From contig CAVOHZ010000004.1 in assembly GCA_963695855.1 (NCBI GenBank), forward strand, positions 1 to 64,000: 64,000 bases of DNA, given 5' to 3'. A program made the translations under genes and the position numbers. Source of the DNA: an uncultured Nitrososphaerales archaeon. Lineage in GTDB: Archaea > Thermoproteota > Nitrososphaeria > Nitrososphaerales > Nitrososphaeraceae. Shown here piece by piece: positions 44,658 through 55,782 of this stretch. How positions within the stretch are numbered: the stretch's first letter is position 1; the number at the start of each line of letters is the position of its first letter. The notes beneath the pieces are model-generated. The model did no database searches and was not told where the DNA came from. It saw nothing but the letters and a program-made list of their open reading frames with translations.

Positions 44658-45875
44658 TTATACCCATCCTTTGATTCTAAAATAGACAATCATTCCACCC
44701 CCTACAGCTAATAATAGTCCCAAAGCGTAGTAGTAACCATATGGAGATACTAATTCTGGCATGAATTCAAAATTCATTCCATAAATTCCAGTTATCAAAG
44801 TAAGGGGTAGAACTATGGTTGCTATTACAGTCAAAGTCCTGATTGTTTCATTTAAATTGGAACTTAATGACGAGTTGTATGCTTCGCGTAAGTTAATTAC
44901 CCTATTCTGAATATTTGTTAAATCATTACGCAGATAGTTAATTTTGCCCTTTAACCAATGCATATGTCTAAAAGTCTCGATTGTAAGGATATCTTGTTTA
45001 TCTTTGGTTTTGTTCATGTGAGATTTATTAGAAAAATCTATAGTAAAAATATCATTGTCTATTAGACCGACATCACTTAGAAAATTATCAACAGCCCTTG
45101 ATATCATATCCATGGTTCTTTCAACAGAATTAATCTTCCTTTTCAGTAAAAGGATATCTGTTAATTGATTTCTTGTAACTTTATTTTTTCCCTTATTATA
45201 ATCTAGAATATAGTCTTCGGCCTGTTCAAGATTTTCTCTTATATTATCTAACACAGGATAGTAGGTCGATATCATTTCTTCTAATGCCAGACGAAATACA
45301 ATTTCGTTCATATTTACTATCTGGACTTGTTCAGAAGTTATGATATTATCAGTAGTAGCAGTAGAAGATGAAGAGGATGATGGTGCAGATGATGATGGAA
45401 CAATTAAGGATTGATGAATAATATGTTTGATTCTTTTCTTTATATTTTCTTCAATATCATGATTATGAAAATTTATTGTAATTATCCATCGATGTTCAAG
45501 GAAGATAAATAGATCATCTTCAACAAGTATTTCTTCCCCTTTTTCTATTTTATTTGCATCGTTTTGGGATTTGTACCCGTCTTGATTAGTGTAACTAGCC
45601 TTCTTTTCCTCCTTAATGCCGTCAATTATTGCAAAGATATAATTTTCATAATTTTCGATTTTAGATGGGAGACTGTGATGTATGACAGAGTCTACTTCTA
45701 ATGGATGGAGGTTAAATATGTCTTGAAGTTGAAATATGTCTTGAACTTCAGTGGCATGAACCCATAGACTTTCATTCTGGTTGGATTTCATTTCAGACCT
45801 TATTGATGTGGCCTCAAGTGTAATATTTACTGCTTTTATTGTCTTTGAACTTATGAGATAAGAAGTTATTGTCAA
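44658..45875 (-). CDS. corA: CorA-family Mg/Co transporter
   Basis: LHPL, TLTVIATIVLPLTLITGIYGMNF signature, MPEL. Confidence 0.93.
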   Translation of the reverse strand: MTITSYLISSKTIKAVNITLEATSIRSEMKSNQNESLWVHATEVQDIFQLQDIFNLHPLEVDSVIHHSLPSKIENYENYIFAIIDGIKEEKKASYTNQDGYKSQNDANKIEKGEEILVEDDLFIFLEHRWIITINFHNHDIEENIKKRIKHIIHQSLIVPSSSAPSSSSSSTATTDNIITSEQVQIVNMNEIVFRLALEEMISTYYPVLDNIRENLEQAEDYILDYNKGKNKVTRNQLTDILLLKRKINSVERTMDMISRAVDNFLSDVGLIDNDIFTIDFSNKSHMNKTKDKQDILTIETFRHMHWLKGKINYLRNDLTNIQNRVINLREAYNSSLSSNLNETIRTLTVIATIVLPLTLITGIYGMNFEFMPELVSPYGYYYALGLLLAVGGGMIVYFRIKGWV

Positions 45876-45989
45876 CTGTTATTCATCTTGAATCAAAATC
45901 ACTTTAATAAATAAAGCTTTCAAATTAAAAAATAAACATGACAGACGGAGATAATGATTTAACATAATCAGAAATATTCAAAAATATAT

Positions 45990-46929
45990 TTATAAATTTG
46001 TATTTTTTATTCTTTCTACGAATCTCAAAACTTGCAATTTAACTTTTGATCGAATTTCTATTGGAGAATGTTCATGAATAGTTTTGTCAAATATGGATAT
46101 GTCAAAAAATCTGTCTACAGATTCAAGAATCGTTTTTTTAAATTCATGTGGAGCTACTGCCGGAAATGCATCTAATTCAATATGCAAATTCTTATTATTT
46201 TTATCCCTAAATGATTTTATGGTGGGATCTATTTTTTTTGATTTACGTAATCTTACTATTTTGTAGCTTTCGGGCAAATCATATTTTTTTATTTGTTCCT
46301 CATTTATAGCAATTCGTTTAAAATCTATATCCAGACCATCTTGTAGAAATTTATTAGTAAATATCTGGCAAATATTTTCAGAGAAAGAATCTAGGTCGCA
46401 AAAATAATTGATATGTACTTTTTTGTCTTGTTCTATATATGATCTAAGTCTTTTAACATTTTCATTTATCAAACTAAAAGGATTAGATCGGTTAATTGGA
46501 ACAATCCTTACTTGCCGTTCCCTTAAAATTGACCTAAAAGTCGGCATTAGTTTTTCTTTTTCAATCCATATTTCTACATAATGACGTTGATTATGCCACC
46601 GTGGTATTGTCCTTGCATAGATGTATGGTATATTCTCCAAGACTGCAATTTCATGATTTATGTATTCAGTCAATGGTACATATCTGTCATCAAGGTCTTG
46701 CACAAAATTTATACCCTGATCTTAAATTTTTAGTAGAAAGCTTACCAGTTTTTTGTGCTCGGGAGATATATTTTCCTAGACGTCGATATTGACTGCAAGA
46801 ATTAGATATGATTCCAAGAGAAACAAGTGTATAAAACAACATAGAAAAAGTTGGAACAATATTATGGTGTTTGTATACCTCTAATCTTTTTTCTATTGTA
46901 TTTCTCAAATCTTTTTTATTCCAATTCAT
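45990..46929 (-). pseudogene. Topo VI-A/DUF2399-like TOPRIM protein, split by a frameshift near 46700
   Basis: VEIWIEKE, YFCDLD, RIAINEEQIKKYDLP and ELDA in 45990..46703. The upstream ORF 46690..46929 supplies a helix-rich N-terminus (MLFYTLVSLG...YRRL). Confidence 0.6.
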
Positions 46930-47008
46930 CTAATTTTGCAATGGTTAATAACGGTTATAAACATTTCGTAGGCGTTAGATTTATTAATATTTATAACTAT
47001 ATTAGAAT

Positions 47009-47366
47009 ATTGCCCCAACCAGGTCAAAAGACGATTACTGTTAGCGGAAAAATACTAAAAAGGCTAGAAGAACTTTATAGTTTAGAAAAAACTAAAAATC
47101 CTAATATTTCATTTTCCTTGTTCGTATCTGAATCAGCGATAATAGAAATAGAGAGGAGACAAATTCTAAAAGAAGCACAGTTAATATCATTAATTAGCCT
47201 AACTGAAGATACAATCATTTTAAAGGATGTAAGAAAAAATAATAGACTTGTAGAAGTACAAATTAGGAACAAAAATTTAAAATGTATTACTGAAGATAAA
47301 TTTGATTGTATTCATGTTGGTTTTGCGTTAGCTCTTCCAGAAGTTAGAAAAGCATTGAATAAGTAA
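47009..47366 (+). CDS. Small protein with an N-terminal RHH-like segment and a C-terminal SWIM-like motif
   Basis: PQPGQKTITVS...; LKCITEDKFDCIHVGFALALPEV. TTG start chosen within ORF 46851..47366. Confidence 0.6.
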
Positions 47367-47914
47367 AATGCAAGAAGACGGATTGAGTGTTGAAGATAAT
47401 AAAAGAATTTTCAATCTCAAAAATATTTTGTAATTGCATCTAAATTATACTTTTAAAGATATCGGAGATTATTTATTTGCAATTTAATATATAGAATTCT
47501 ATTCTTCATAACTGTTGTAAGAATATAAAATGACTTGAATCAAAATATTAAATAAAAGCAATGTAAAGCTAAATATGCAGTTTAACTTATTTAATTTAAA
47601 TTGGGAATTCCATATTTTTTTATCTTTAATATCTAGACTAACTTTAGATCCAAAACTATACTACATAAGAAAAAATATAATGATTGGTCTCAAAAGAAAC
47701 AAACTTGGCAAAAACTAGTATTAACATTATATAGACATAATAAAGGAAGTGAAAACATTTTGTTCAAAAATATAAAATCAATTTATCCTGATAATGGATC
47801 CTAGAATCTTTACTCAAGAAATAAGATTCAGAAGATATAATATAATAACAACAATTTTTGACAGGATTAAATTCTGCAATGATATTAGATCTTTAAATAA
47901 GAAAATTTAAAAGA

Positions 47915-49627
47915 ATGAATAATATTACATTGGATACGAAGGACATTCTAATCTTATCTATCTTAATTCTGTCATTTTTTTATTCACTTTATTTTGATAA
48001 AACTTTCGCAGAATCTCCTTCTTTTATAACCCAGGAAATAGCTGACAGTAACGCGGATTCGACCTTTAAACCAGGTACTAACCATTTATGTAATACAATT
48101 GACGAGTTCATAAAGCCTGCAGAGATCGATTCTGTCAAGTACTATAGTAACGGGAAAGAAATAACCTCACGAATATATCTTTCAAAACCCCTTTATGATC
48201 CTAACCAAATAGCGGAATTTATTAAAATTCCTGAAACAAAAATTACTACTAGTATCCTACTTTCAGAAATCGAAGAAAATTCTTCTTTATTAGACTATTT
48301 AAATATAAAGTTGACACATAATTCAACACATCAACAAAATCCAAGGTCGGGAGAGTACAATATGGAATCCTATAAAATTGGAGGATCCAAAGCTGGATAT
48401 GAAACAGTTTATTATAAAATTGGCAATAAGCTCTTGACATTTAACTATCAGGCACCATTATTTGAATATGCATCATATCATAGTGGATTCAAAAAAGTAA
48501 TTAACAACGTCATCTATAAATTGTCTAATATAACTGCATATAAAAAAACCCTTGATTTTATTAACGAGACCCTATTCATTGATTCGTTTGATCTTAAAAA
48601 ATTAAGGTTGAATTGGAACAATTTACAAAATTCTTTTAATCAGGTTAGTTTTAGTTTTTATCCCTTCAATTACCAATATCAATACTATACTATGAATATA
48701 GATATTAAATCAATTTTTGATCCAGGATCTGACTATAAGCTAAAATATGGTAGAGAAATATACAGGGGAAACAATCAATGGTATAGATCTCTTTACGAAG
48801 TTTCATCCGATCAACAAGGAATCCTTATTACCAATAATCCCGTTGATCCCTTTTTGAATTCTAGTGGAATGAATTATTTTCCATTAGAGTTAGATCCCTT
48901 TTCGAATTCTAGTGGAATGAATTATTTTCCCTTAGAGTTAGATCTTGGATTATTACACTATCCCAGTGAATATAACGTAAATATTATATTTGAATTTGGA
49001 ATCAGGGGTTTTGTTAATGGAACGGAAATTTCTTGTGACAAGTTTGATACCTTACAGTGGCTTTCAGTTCCACCACCTAATATGGATATTAGTCTATCTA
49101 AATATTCTGTCAATCTCAGGCCTGGAGAAACAGAGGATATAAAACTGAAAATTAAAAACGATGCAAATCTTCAAACCACAATCATTCCCAAGGTGTTGGA
49201 TTCCAAAGATCTAGTTCTGAAGTTCGAACATCCTAAAATTTCCATTCCAAAATCTACAAACGGAACTCTCACATTTTCTGTCACCGCACCAGACACATCA
49301 CAAAAGAAAACGGTTACAGTTCCTATAGTATCTCAGATAGAGTTTCCACAAAACGAAACAATATACGGATCGAAAAGTAAGGAAAATGTGAAACTGCAGC
49401 CACCAATAACATTGACAGAGTATCTTACTGTAACTACTTTATCACATTTTACATTTGATGAGCAGCTTGCTAATTTTGTAGAAAAGTATATCACACCTGT
49501 AAATAGTCTTTGGACATTTTTTATTGGGGTAGCAGCAGTCCTTTCTCCAAAAATAATTCAAGCAATTAGGAGGTTATTATCTAGTAAAAGTAAGAAAGAT
49601 GATTTAGAAGTAGAAGATAGTAAATAG
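47915..49627 (+). CDS. Exported, membrane-anchored protein with an Ig-like C-terminal domain
   Basis: Signal peptide, VNLRPGETEDIKLKIKN Ig-like segment and C-terminal TM helix. Confidence 0.75.
   Translation: MNNITLDTKDILILSILILSFFYSLYFDKTFAESPSFITQEIADSNADSTFKPGTNHLCNTIDEFIKPAEIDSVKYYSNGKEITSRIYLSKPLYDPNQIAEFIKIPETKITTSILLSEIEENSSLLDYLNIKLTHNSTHQQNPRSGEYNMESYKIGGSKAGYETVYYKIGNKLLTFNYQAPLFEYASYHSGFKKVINNVIYKLSNITAYKKTLDFINETLFIDSFDLKKLRLNWNNLQNSFNQVSFSFYPFNYQYQYYTMNIDIKSIFDPGSDYKLKYGREIYRGNNQWYRSLYEVSSDQQGILITNNPVDPFLNSSGMNYFPLELDPFSNSSGMNYFPLELDLGLLHYPSEYNVNIIFEFGIRGFVNGTEISCDKFDTLQWLSVPPPNMDISLSKYSVNLRPGETEDIKLKIKNDANLQTTIIPKVLDSKDLVLKFEHPKISIPKSTNGTLTFSVTAPDTSQKKTVTVPIVSQIEFPQNETIYGSKSKENVKLQPPITLTEYLTVTTLSHFTFDEQLANFVEKYITPVNSLWTFFIGVAAVLSPKIIQAIRRLLSSKSKKDDLEVEDSK
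48845..48940 (+). repeat. 48-bp in-frame tandem duplication
   Basis: DPFLNSSGMNYFPLEL / DPFSNSSGMNYFPLEL. Confidence 0.9.
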
Positions 49628-50226
49628 ATATGTTAAGAAAGAAATATTGTATCTTTATTTTACAAGTAACATAACCTAAAAAATAATTATCAATACAGGC
49701 ATATACATAAATTTAAAAAAATAACCATATTAAAACTTTAAATTTGATTTTTGTTTAGAATTACATTTAAAAGTTGTATAATTTTTTAACAAATACTGGT
49801 ATAATATTTTCAATAATATGTTTCACTTTATCATTATTTATTCTGGTTTCTTTATGTTCTTTTTCAAGAGATCGTATTCATTGGTCATTTAATTTTCTTT
49901 GATCTCATTTCTTTTTCAGACAACATTATTTTTAACAATTTTATGTTACTTTCTATGCGTGCGGTTGTATGTAGATAATATTTTATCTTTGCCATCCAGC
50001 CTTAGCAATATGCTTAGACCGGTCCAGAAATATAAAGGGAACAATTACTATAAAAAAAATGCAAACACTCTGCAAGATGAGTTCAGAGATATTAAAATTG
50101 TAGCTAAAATATACCAATACCAATTAGCATAACGATACATACAATTACTATCGTTATTGAAGCCGTAATTATTATAATTTTGTCATTGAACTTTTGCTAA
50201 CTGGTATAGGATATTGAAATTGACAA

Positions 50227-51654
50227 TCAAGAAATTTTATTGGCTGTTTCTGATAACCATATTCTCTCGAATAAATTAGTATAAATTAGTATTTGTGATT
50301 TATTGTCTGTAGATGTTACATCGTAATCATTTTCACTATTTATATTATTTGATTCTGTAGAAATAATAAATAATAATGTATTATCAACAATAAAAAAAAT
50401 AGCATCAAAATGTATATTTCTCTCAAAGTACTTGATTAGAATATTGTCACTTTTTTCTGAAAATATAATATTACTATCTCTATTTTTTAGCAATGTTCCT
50501 CTATTTTTCAGAACTGGTGCTAGGATCCTAATATTTATTCGATTCTGTTTATTAGATATTATATTTAAAAAGTTAATAAACTCATCCATGTAACTAATCA
50601 GTAAAAGTGATTCCTTCGTAAATAGTACATCAATTTCTCTTTCTGCTTTTTTGAGTATATTTACTGTAGTTTCGAAGGTCTCTTTTTTATCTTTGAAATT
50701 TTTCTTAATTTCTCTTTTATGATCAAAGCCATCAAAATGAGAAAAATCGTATTTACTCAGATTTTTGTGAAAATTGCAGGTATTCTGTAAAATATTTTCA
50801 ATCTCTTCATCGTATAATATACTTTTAATTTTTCCATACCAAAAAATACCTGCTATTATTAACATATCCGCAATTGCATATAAAATATTCCAGAAGGAAT
50901 GTGTTTGTAATATCAATTGCTCGCTTATTTGTGCTGAGTATGTATATCCAAGGTCGGCAACTGTTAGAAATGTTATTCCCAATGTCAATGATAGCCAATG
51001 AAAAATAAGTACATTGTTTTTCTTTATAGTAATGATAATAACAACGGAAGAAACCAATAAGAAAATATCTTCTACATAATAAAGAATATCAGTCAAAAAA
51101 TAAATAGGATCAGTAGTGATACTTATATCTGAAATATATATTAGATTGAAAACAAAGTATAGCGGAACGATAGAAACTGCTACACTGATCAGGAAAATAT
51201 TCATCAATTGTATATTGCCTTCTTTTTTCAAGGAAACAAGATTAGTTAACAAATGATATCCAAGAAATAAATAGGCAGATAAATATCCGATATCGGAAAT
51301 AGATGGATAAGGTACTGAAATTGATAAGACAGATTGTTGATAAGCATATATAAATTCAGCAATAAAGCTGATTAATAAGTATAAAGATATTGCCATAAAT
51401 TTTTTAATTTCATGTCTTTCAAGTACGCCACGAAAAAGCACCATTATTGAAATTACTAGACCAATTCCAAGAATCGATACAGTGGGAAATGAATTATAAC
51501 TTAATGTATTATCCCGGTCAGCAAAGGAGATTATTATATAAACAAATATAATGATAGAAGTTGTAGGAAGTAAAATGCTGGATATGAAATTTCGGAATTC
51601 ACTGCTTGTTTTGGCAAGTAATTTGTCTGTGACTATATTCGTTTTCCTTCCCAT
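50227..51654 (-). CDS. Membrane sensor-like protein: about 8 TM helices plus a cytoplasmic TrmB/PLD-like domain
   Basis: VPYPSISDIGYL within the TM region. C-terminal LKKAEREIDVLF...INIRILAP...FFIVDN...YTNLFERIW. No kinase domain. Confidence 0.65.
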   Translation of the reverse strand: MGRKTNIVTDKLLAKTSSEFRNFISSILLPTTSIIIFVYIIISFADRDNTLSYNSFPTVSILGIGLVISIMVLFRGVLERHEIKKFMAISLYLLISFIAEFIYAYQQSVLSISVPYPSISDIGYLSAYLFLGYHLLTNLVSLKKEGNIQLMNIFLISVAVSIVPLYFVFNLIYISDISITTDPIYFLTDILYYVEDIFLLVSSVVIIITIKKNNVLIFHWLSLTLGITFLTVADLGYTYSAQISEQLILQTHSFWNILYAIADMLIIAGIFWYGKIKSILYDEEIENILQNTCNFHKNLSKYDFSHFDGFDHKREIKKNFKDKKETFETTVNILKKAEREIDVLFTKESLLLISYMDEFINFLNIISNKQNRINIRILAPVLKNRGTLLKNRDSNIIFSEKSDNILIKYFERNIHFDAIFFIVDNTLLFIISTESNNINSENDYDVTSTDNKSQILIYTNLFERIWLSETANKIS

Positions 51655-51900
51655 GGTCTTCTGATCTTCGTTTGATTTTATATTGCAAATAAGTCTTTTT
51701 GCTGCTCATTAGGAAATTTCATGAGGTTTAGTATTATTGATCTGTTTTTGATTTAATTATCTGTAAACATAACATTATCAACAGTCAGAAAAAGAAAATA
51801 TAAAGTTTATATAGAAAATAAATTTGTTAGAAGTAAATTTTAACATATCTCCAAAAATTATAAATAAATTAAATGAGATAATTAATATAAAAGAGAGAAA

Positions 51901-52038
51901 ATGCGAATCAAAAAATGTCAAAAATGTGGTAATAAAATAAATGAGCTAGTGACGATAAACGTTGGTAAAAATATTTTTCTTTATTGGTGCAAAAATTGTG
52001 TATTTGTAGAAATGGAAAAAAGAATAGGAAGGATTTAA
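51901..52038 (+). CDS. 45-aa zinc-ribbon microprotein (not in ORF track)
   Basis: Hand translation: MRIKKCQKCGNKINELVTINVGKNIFLYWCKNCVFVEMEKRIGRI*. Confidence 0.65.
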   Translation: MRIKKCQKCGNKINELVTINVGKNIFLYWCKNCVFVEMEKRIGRI

Positions 52039-52058
52039 GGTCATTTTTCATTCTTTTC

Positions 52059-52247
52059 CTAGTTTAGTCTTTTAGAGGCTTTGATTATTCTTGGATATTC
52101 GTTATACGTTATATTGCAAAACAAACAAGAATAAATTTCCATTCTTAAATGATCGTCCCTTTCTTTGCTAACAACATACTTTAAATCATTTTGACAAAAT
52201 GAGCACTTCATCTTGTAAATCTTATCAATCTCGATGAATTGTTTCAA
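52059..52247 (-). CDS. Zinc-ribbon microprotein
   Basis: CSFC...YSCLFC. Start may be the ATG at about 52211. Confidence 0.65.
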   Translation of the reverse strand: MKQFIEIDKIYKMKCSFCQNDLKYVVSKERDDHLRMEIYSCLFCNITYNEYPRIIKASKRLN

Positions 52248-52256
52248 TTAAAATTC

Positions 52257-52284
52257 AACTCTGTTAACATCTATTAACAGAGTT
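52257..52284. promoter_or_regulatory. 11-bp inverted repeat (AACTCTGTTAA-N6-TTAACAGAGTT), possible operator
   Basis: Read directly; just upstream of 52059..52247. Confidence 0.45.
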
Positions 52285-52439
52285 ATTAAATTAATTGTAT
52301 CAAAAAAATGAAAAAGATAGTTTATTAAAAAGGACAAAACAATTTTACAAGATAAACAGTTGATTTTGAAATAGTTGATCTAGATATCAAAAGACAAGAA
52401 TACCGAAAAAGGAATAATTTTTTAATCGCTAATATTCGT

Positions 52440-52461
52440 AATTTTTCGGCGCCGAAAAATT
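52440..52461. promoter_or_regulatory. Perfect 22-bp palindrome AATTTTTCGGCGCCGAAAAATT (copy 2)
   Basis: Contains the same 18-mer as 42757-42774; intergenic. Confidence 0.55.
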
Positions 52462-53244
52462 TCAGACTTATTTATAAAAATAGATTTAAAATAACTCTTT
52501 TAACAAATCATTTCAGTTTTTTATATCAAGACATAATTGATAAAGTCTAACAATATATTTTTACGACCATTTCCTGATTTGTCAAATAATTATAAATAGA
52601 CTCATTCGTGTTGCAGAAGAAACTTCAATTCCTAATTTATTTGAAACTATGAAAAAATGACTGCCATATTCTATGGAGATATCATGTGTTACTTGGGTAT
52701 TATCAACTTTTTTTAACAATTATTTAGCTTGAAAGAAAAAATAATGGAATACAAGCATACGAGGAGGAAAAGGTCTGATTGAGGGGTTTCTCGTATTCAC
52801 AAGATAAAATAGAATTACTAGGTAAAGTAATAATATACAATCAAATAACGATATTTGAATTTCAAAGGAAATAAGACTCATAAATAGCAAATAAATTTTC
52901 TCTGCAATAAGGAACTAAAATTGAATTATGGAAAGTATTTGGTTTTGTTATAAATAAAGATTGATCACATTTATGATTCACGAAATTCATAATGACATAT
53001 CTATAGTTTAGTGTCAAGGAATTTTTTACGGATAGAGGATAGTAGAGATATAGAATCTAGATACCAAATCTTTTTTATAATTAGTTTAGAATACAATATT
53101 ATGAGTATTCTTACTATAGATATAGTATTCTTAGGTTATAGTTATTTGGCAAATTATGTTTTTTCGAAAAATAATGAATACAAATTTTTCAATTTAGTAG
53201 AAAGACATATTTTTTCAATTAAAGGAGGACATTAATAGAGAAAC

Positions 53245-54363
53245 ATGAGATTTTTTGGTTCGAAAGGAGTCAGATTTTCAGAGAGCAATATAAAATGTTG
53301 TATATGTTTTATTGATCTTGTAGATTCAACAAAAAATACTTTAAAATTTAGTAATTCAAGTGATACAAGAGAATATTACTCGACATTTATTAACGCGATA
53401 TATGAAATAGTAAAAAAGAATAATGCAAAGGTTGTAAAAAATATTGGTGATTCATTACTATTTTATTTTCCTAATACATCCGATACTACAAATATTTCCG
53501 GTTTTCAGAAGGTTATAGAATGTGGTTTGGAAATATTGGAAAACCGAGAAAATATTAACCAGAAAATGTCAAGTGAAAACTTTCCGCCATTCAATTATAG
53601 AATTAGTATAGATTATGGGGTGGTTGAATTAGCCTTGTCTGGAGAGTACAATCAATTAGATATTTTTGGATCCGCGGTAAATATATGTGCCAAAATTAAT
53701 GTGTTATCTAAACCAAATGAATTAGTAATAGGGGATAATTTCTATAGAATACTAAAAGCCTATTCAGCATTTTTTGAAAAGCATTACCTGTTTGATTTAT
53801 CTGGAGAGTATAAGATACTGGAAGATAGTACATATTCTGCCTACGTCATTAAAAAGAAATCCACTGAAGATACGTTACTCAATAGTCGGGATATCACATA
53901 CAGCTCAAATAACGGAGCTACCTCTGTCGGTTCTATTTCACTAAATAAGCATCAAATTGAACAAGAGACAAGTCACAGAATTTATGACAGTAAGAAAAAA
54001 ATTATTCTGATAGATGATGATCCTGATGTGTTATACAGTTTAGAATTATTTTTGAGTGAATGTAAGTACAATGTTATTTCCTTTACAGATTGCAGATTTG
54101 CTCTAGAATATATGAGGTCAAATCCATTCTACCACAATCTCTTGATAATAGCAGATATTAGGTTAAAAAAAATGAATGGACTGCAACTTTACCTACAAGT
54201 AAAAAGCATAGATCCAACTATAAAATTTCTTTTTATTACGGCCCTAGATATTGTGGATGAGGTAACATCTGTAATACCTGGATTGGATAAGAGTCACATA
54301 ATTAGGAAACCTATAGAAAAAAATGTATTTGTAAATAAAATAAAGACACTATTACCTATGTAA
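53245..54363 (+). CDS. Class III adenylate/guanylate cyclase fused to a C-terminal receiver domain
   Basis: FIDLVDST, KNIGDSL and DIFGSAVN cyclase motifs; LIDDD...IADIRL...FITA...KP receiver motifs. Confidence 0.88.
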   Translation: MRFFGSKGVRFSESNIKCCICFIDLVDSTKNTLKFSNSSDTREYYSTFINAIYEIVKKNNAKVVKNIGDSLLFYFPNTSDTTNISGFQKVIECGLEILENRENINQKMSSENFPPFNYRISIDYGVVELALSGEYNQLDIFGSAVNICAKINVLSKPNELVIGDNFYRILKAYSAFFEKHYLFDLSGEYKILEDSTYSAYVIKKKSTEDTLLNSRDITYSSNNGATSVGSISLNKHQIEQETSHRIYDSKKKIILIDDDPDVLYSLELFLSECKYNVISFTDCRFALEYMRSNPFYHNLLIIADIRLKKMNGLQLYLQVKSIDPTIKFLFITALDIVDEVTSVIPGLDKSHIIRKPIEKNVFVNKIKTLLPM

Positions 54364-54833
54364 TCATTTACATTTTGAAGTTGCTTTTATAAAAAAGGAA
54401 ATATAAATATTGATATTGTACAAATGTGAAAGATTAATGAGATGTAGATTGTGAATTTTGCAGAAATAGAATTATCATCTCTTGATTGGTCAAAGTAGTA
54501 TATTTCTTTTGTAACCAATAGATTTCATCTTGTTATATATAATTCTAAATTTTCAAAATTATAGATTTAATTAATTCAATTCTACGGGTCTTTTTAACGG
54601 GGTAAAAATCGTGAAAGATAATAAATATTAAGGATTTGAAATTTTGGATCAACCTGATTTAGTATATGAGAAATTAAATATAGATGAAATTGTTTAATAT
54701 GTTTCTCTTATCGATAATATGTGTTAGCTATTAACATAAGAATATCGCTGAGTTTAGCAAGTTTTGTAATTTTTTAGTTAATATTTAAGTAACCGAAGAT
54801 TTTAAATATATTATAAACATGAAATAATACAAA

Positions 54834-55703
54834 ATGACCGAAATTACATTAGAAAAAATTAATGAAGCAATAAAAAATTCAAACGCTAAATGGAAAACCA
54901 GAGACCATCCACTGTTAAGGGCATCTCCCACCGAAAAGAAAAGGTCGCTAGGATTGAGAATAAATGAGAGTCAATTGAAATCACTTAGAGCAAAAGCTGC
55001 CCTAGATATCAAAACAGTTATAGAAGATTTTGGCAGACAGGTAAAAAGATTAAATGAAGTAGATTGGAGAAATAATGAAAATAAAAATTATGTAACTTCA
55101 ATAAAAAATCAAAAAAATTGCGGTTCTTGTGTGGGTTTTGGGGTTACAGCAACTCTAGAATCTATGGTACTTTTAGAACAGGGTAAAGAATGTGATCTTT
55201 CAGAGTCTGAATTATTCTTTTGTGGAGGTAAGGATGATGCAAGTTGCTCTAATGGGTGGTGGCCGAGTAGGGCTATACCATATTTGGTCGATAAAGGTCT
55301 ATCACCAGAAGAATGCTTTCCGTATGATGACAATGATATTCCTTGTATCACTTGTCAGGAGCGTGACAATCAGGCAATAAGGATAAGTAAACATGTAGAG
55401 ATAATGAATGTAGAGGATAGAAAAGTATATTTGTCTAGTGTTGGTCCACTTATAGGTGGAATGAGGGTGTTTTCAGACTTTATGTCATATGGTGAAGGAA
55501 TATATTCCCACGTCACTGGAGAAGAAGAAGGAGGACATTGTATACAAATAGTAGGTTTTAGCGATATGGAAAAATGCTGGATATGCAAAAATAGTTGGGG
55601 TCCAAATTGGGGAGAAAATGGATTCTTTAGAATAGAATACAATCAATGTGGACTTGATACTGAATTCCCAATGTGGGGGATAGCTAAAACTCAAATCCAA
55701 TAA
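54834..55703 (+). CDS. Papain-like cysteine protease (C1A), no signal peptide
   Basis: VDWR, IKNQKNCGSC, LSE, GGHC and KNSWG.WGE.GFF; the catalytic Q/C/H/N residues are intact. Confidence 0.93.
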   Translation: MTEITLEKINEAIKNSNAKWKTRDHPLLRASPTEKKRSLGLRINESQLKSLRAKAALDIKTVIEDFGRQVKRLNEVDWRNNENKNYVTSIKNQKNCGSCVGFGVTATLESMVLLEQGKECDLSESELFFCGGKDDASCSNGWWPSRAIPYLVDKGLSPEECFPYDDNDIPCITCQERDNQAIRISKHVEIMNVEDRKVYLSSVGPLIGGMRVFSDFMSYGEGIYSHVTGEEEGGHCIQIVGFSDMEKCWICKNSWGPNWGENGFFRIEYNQCGLDTEFPMWGIAKTQIQ

Positions 55704-55782
55704 AAAGAATGTATAAAAATTTCTTTTTTTTAAAAAAAATATCGTGAGACAATTATCTGCAAAAAGATAAGATAATAGATAA

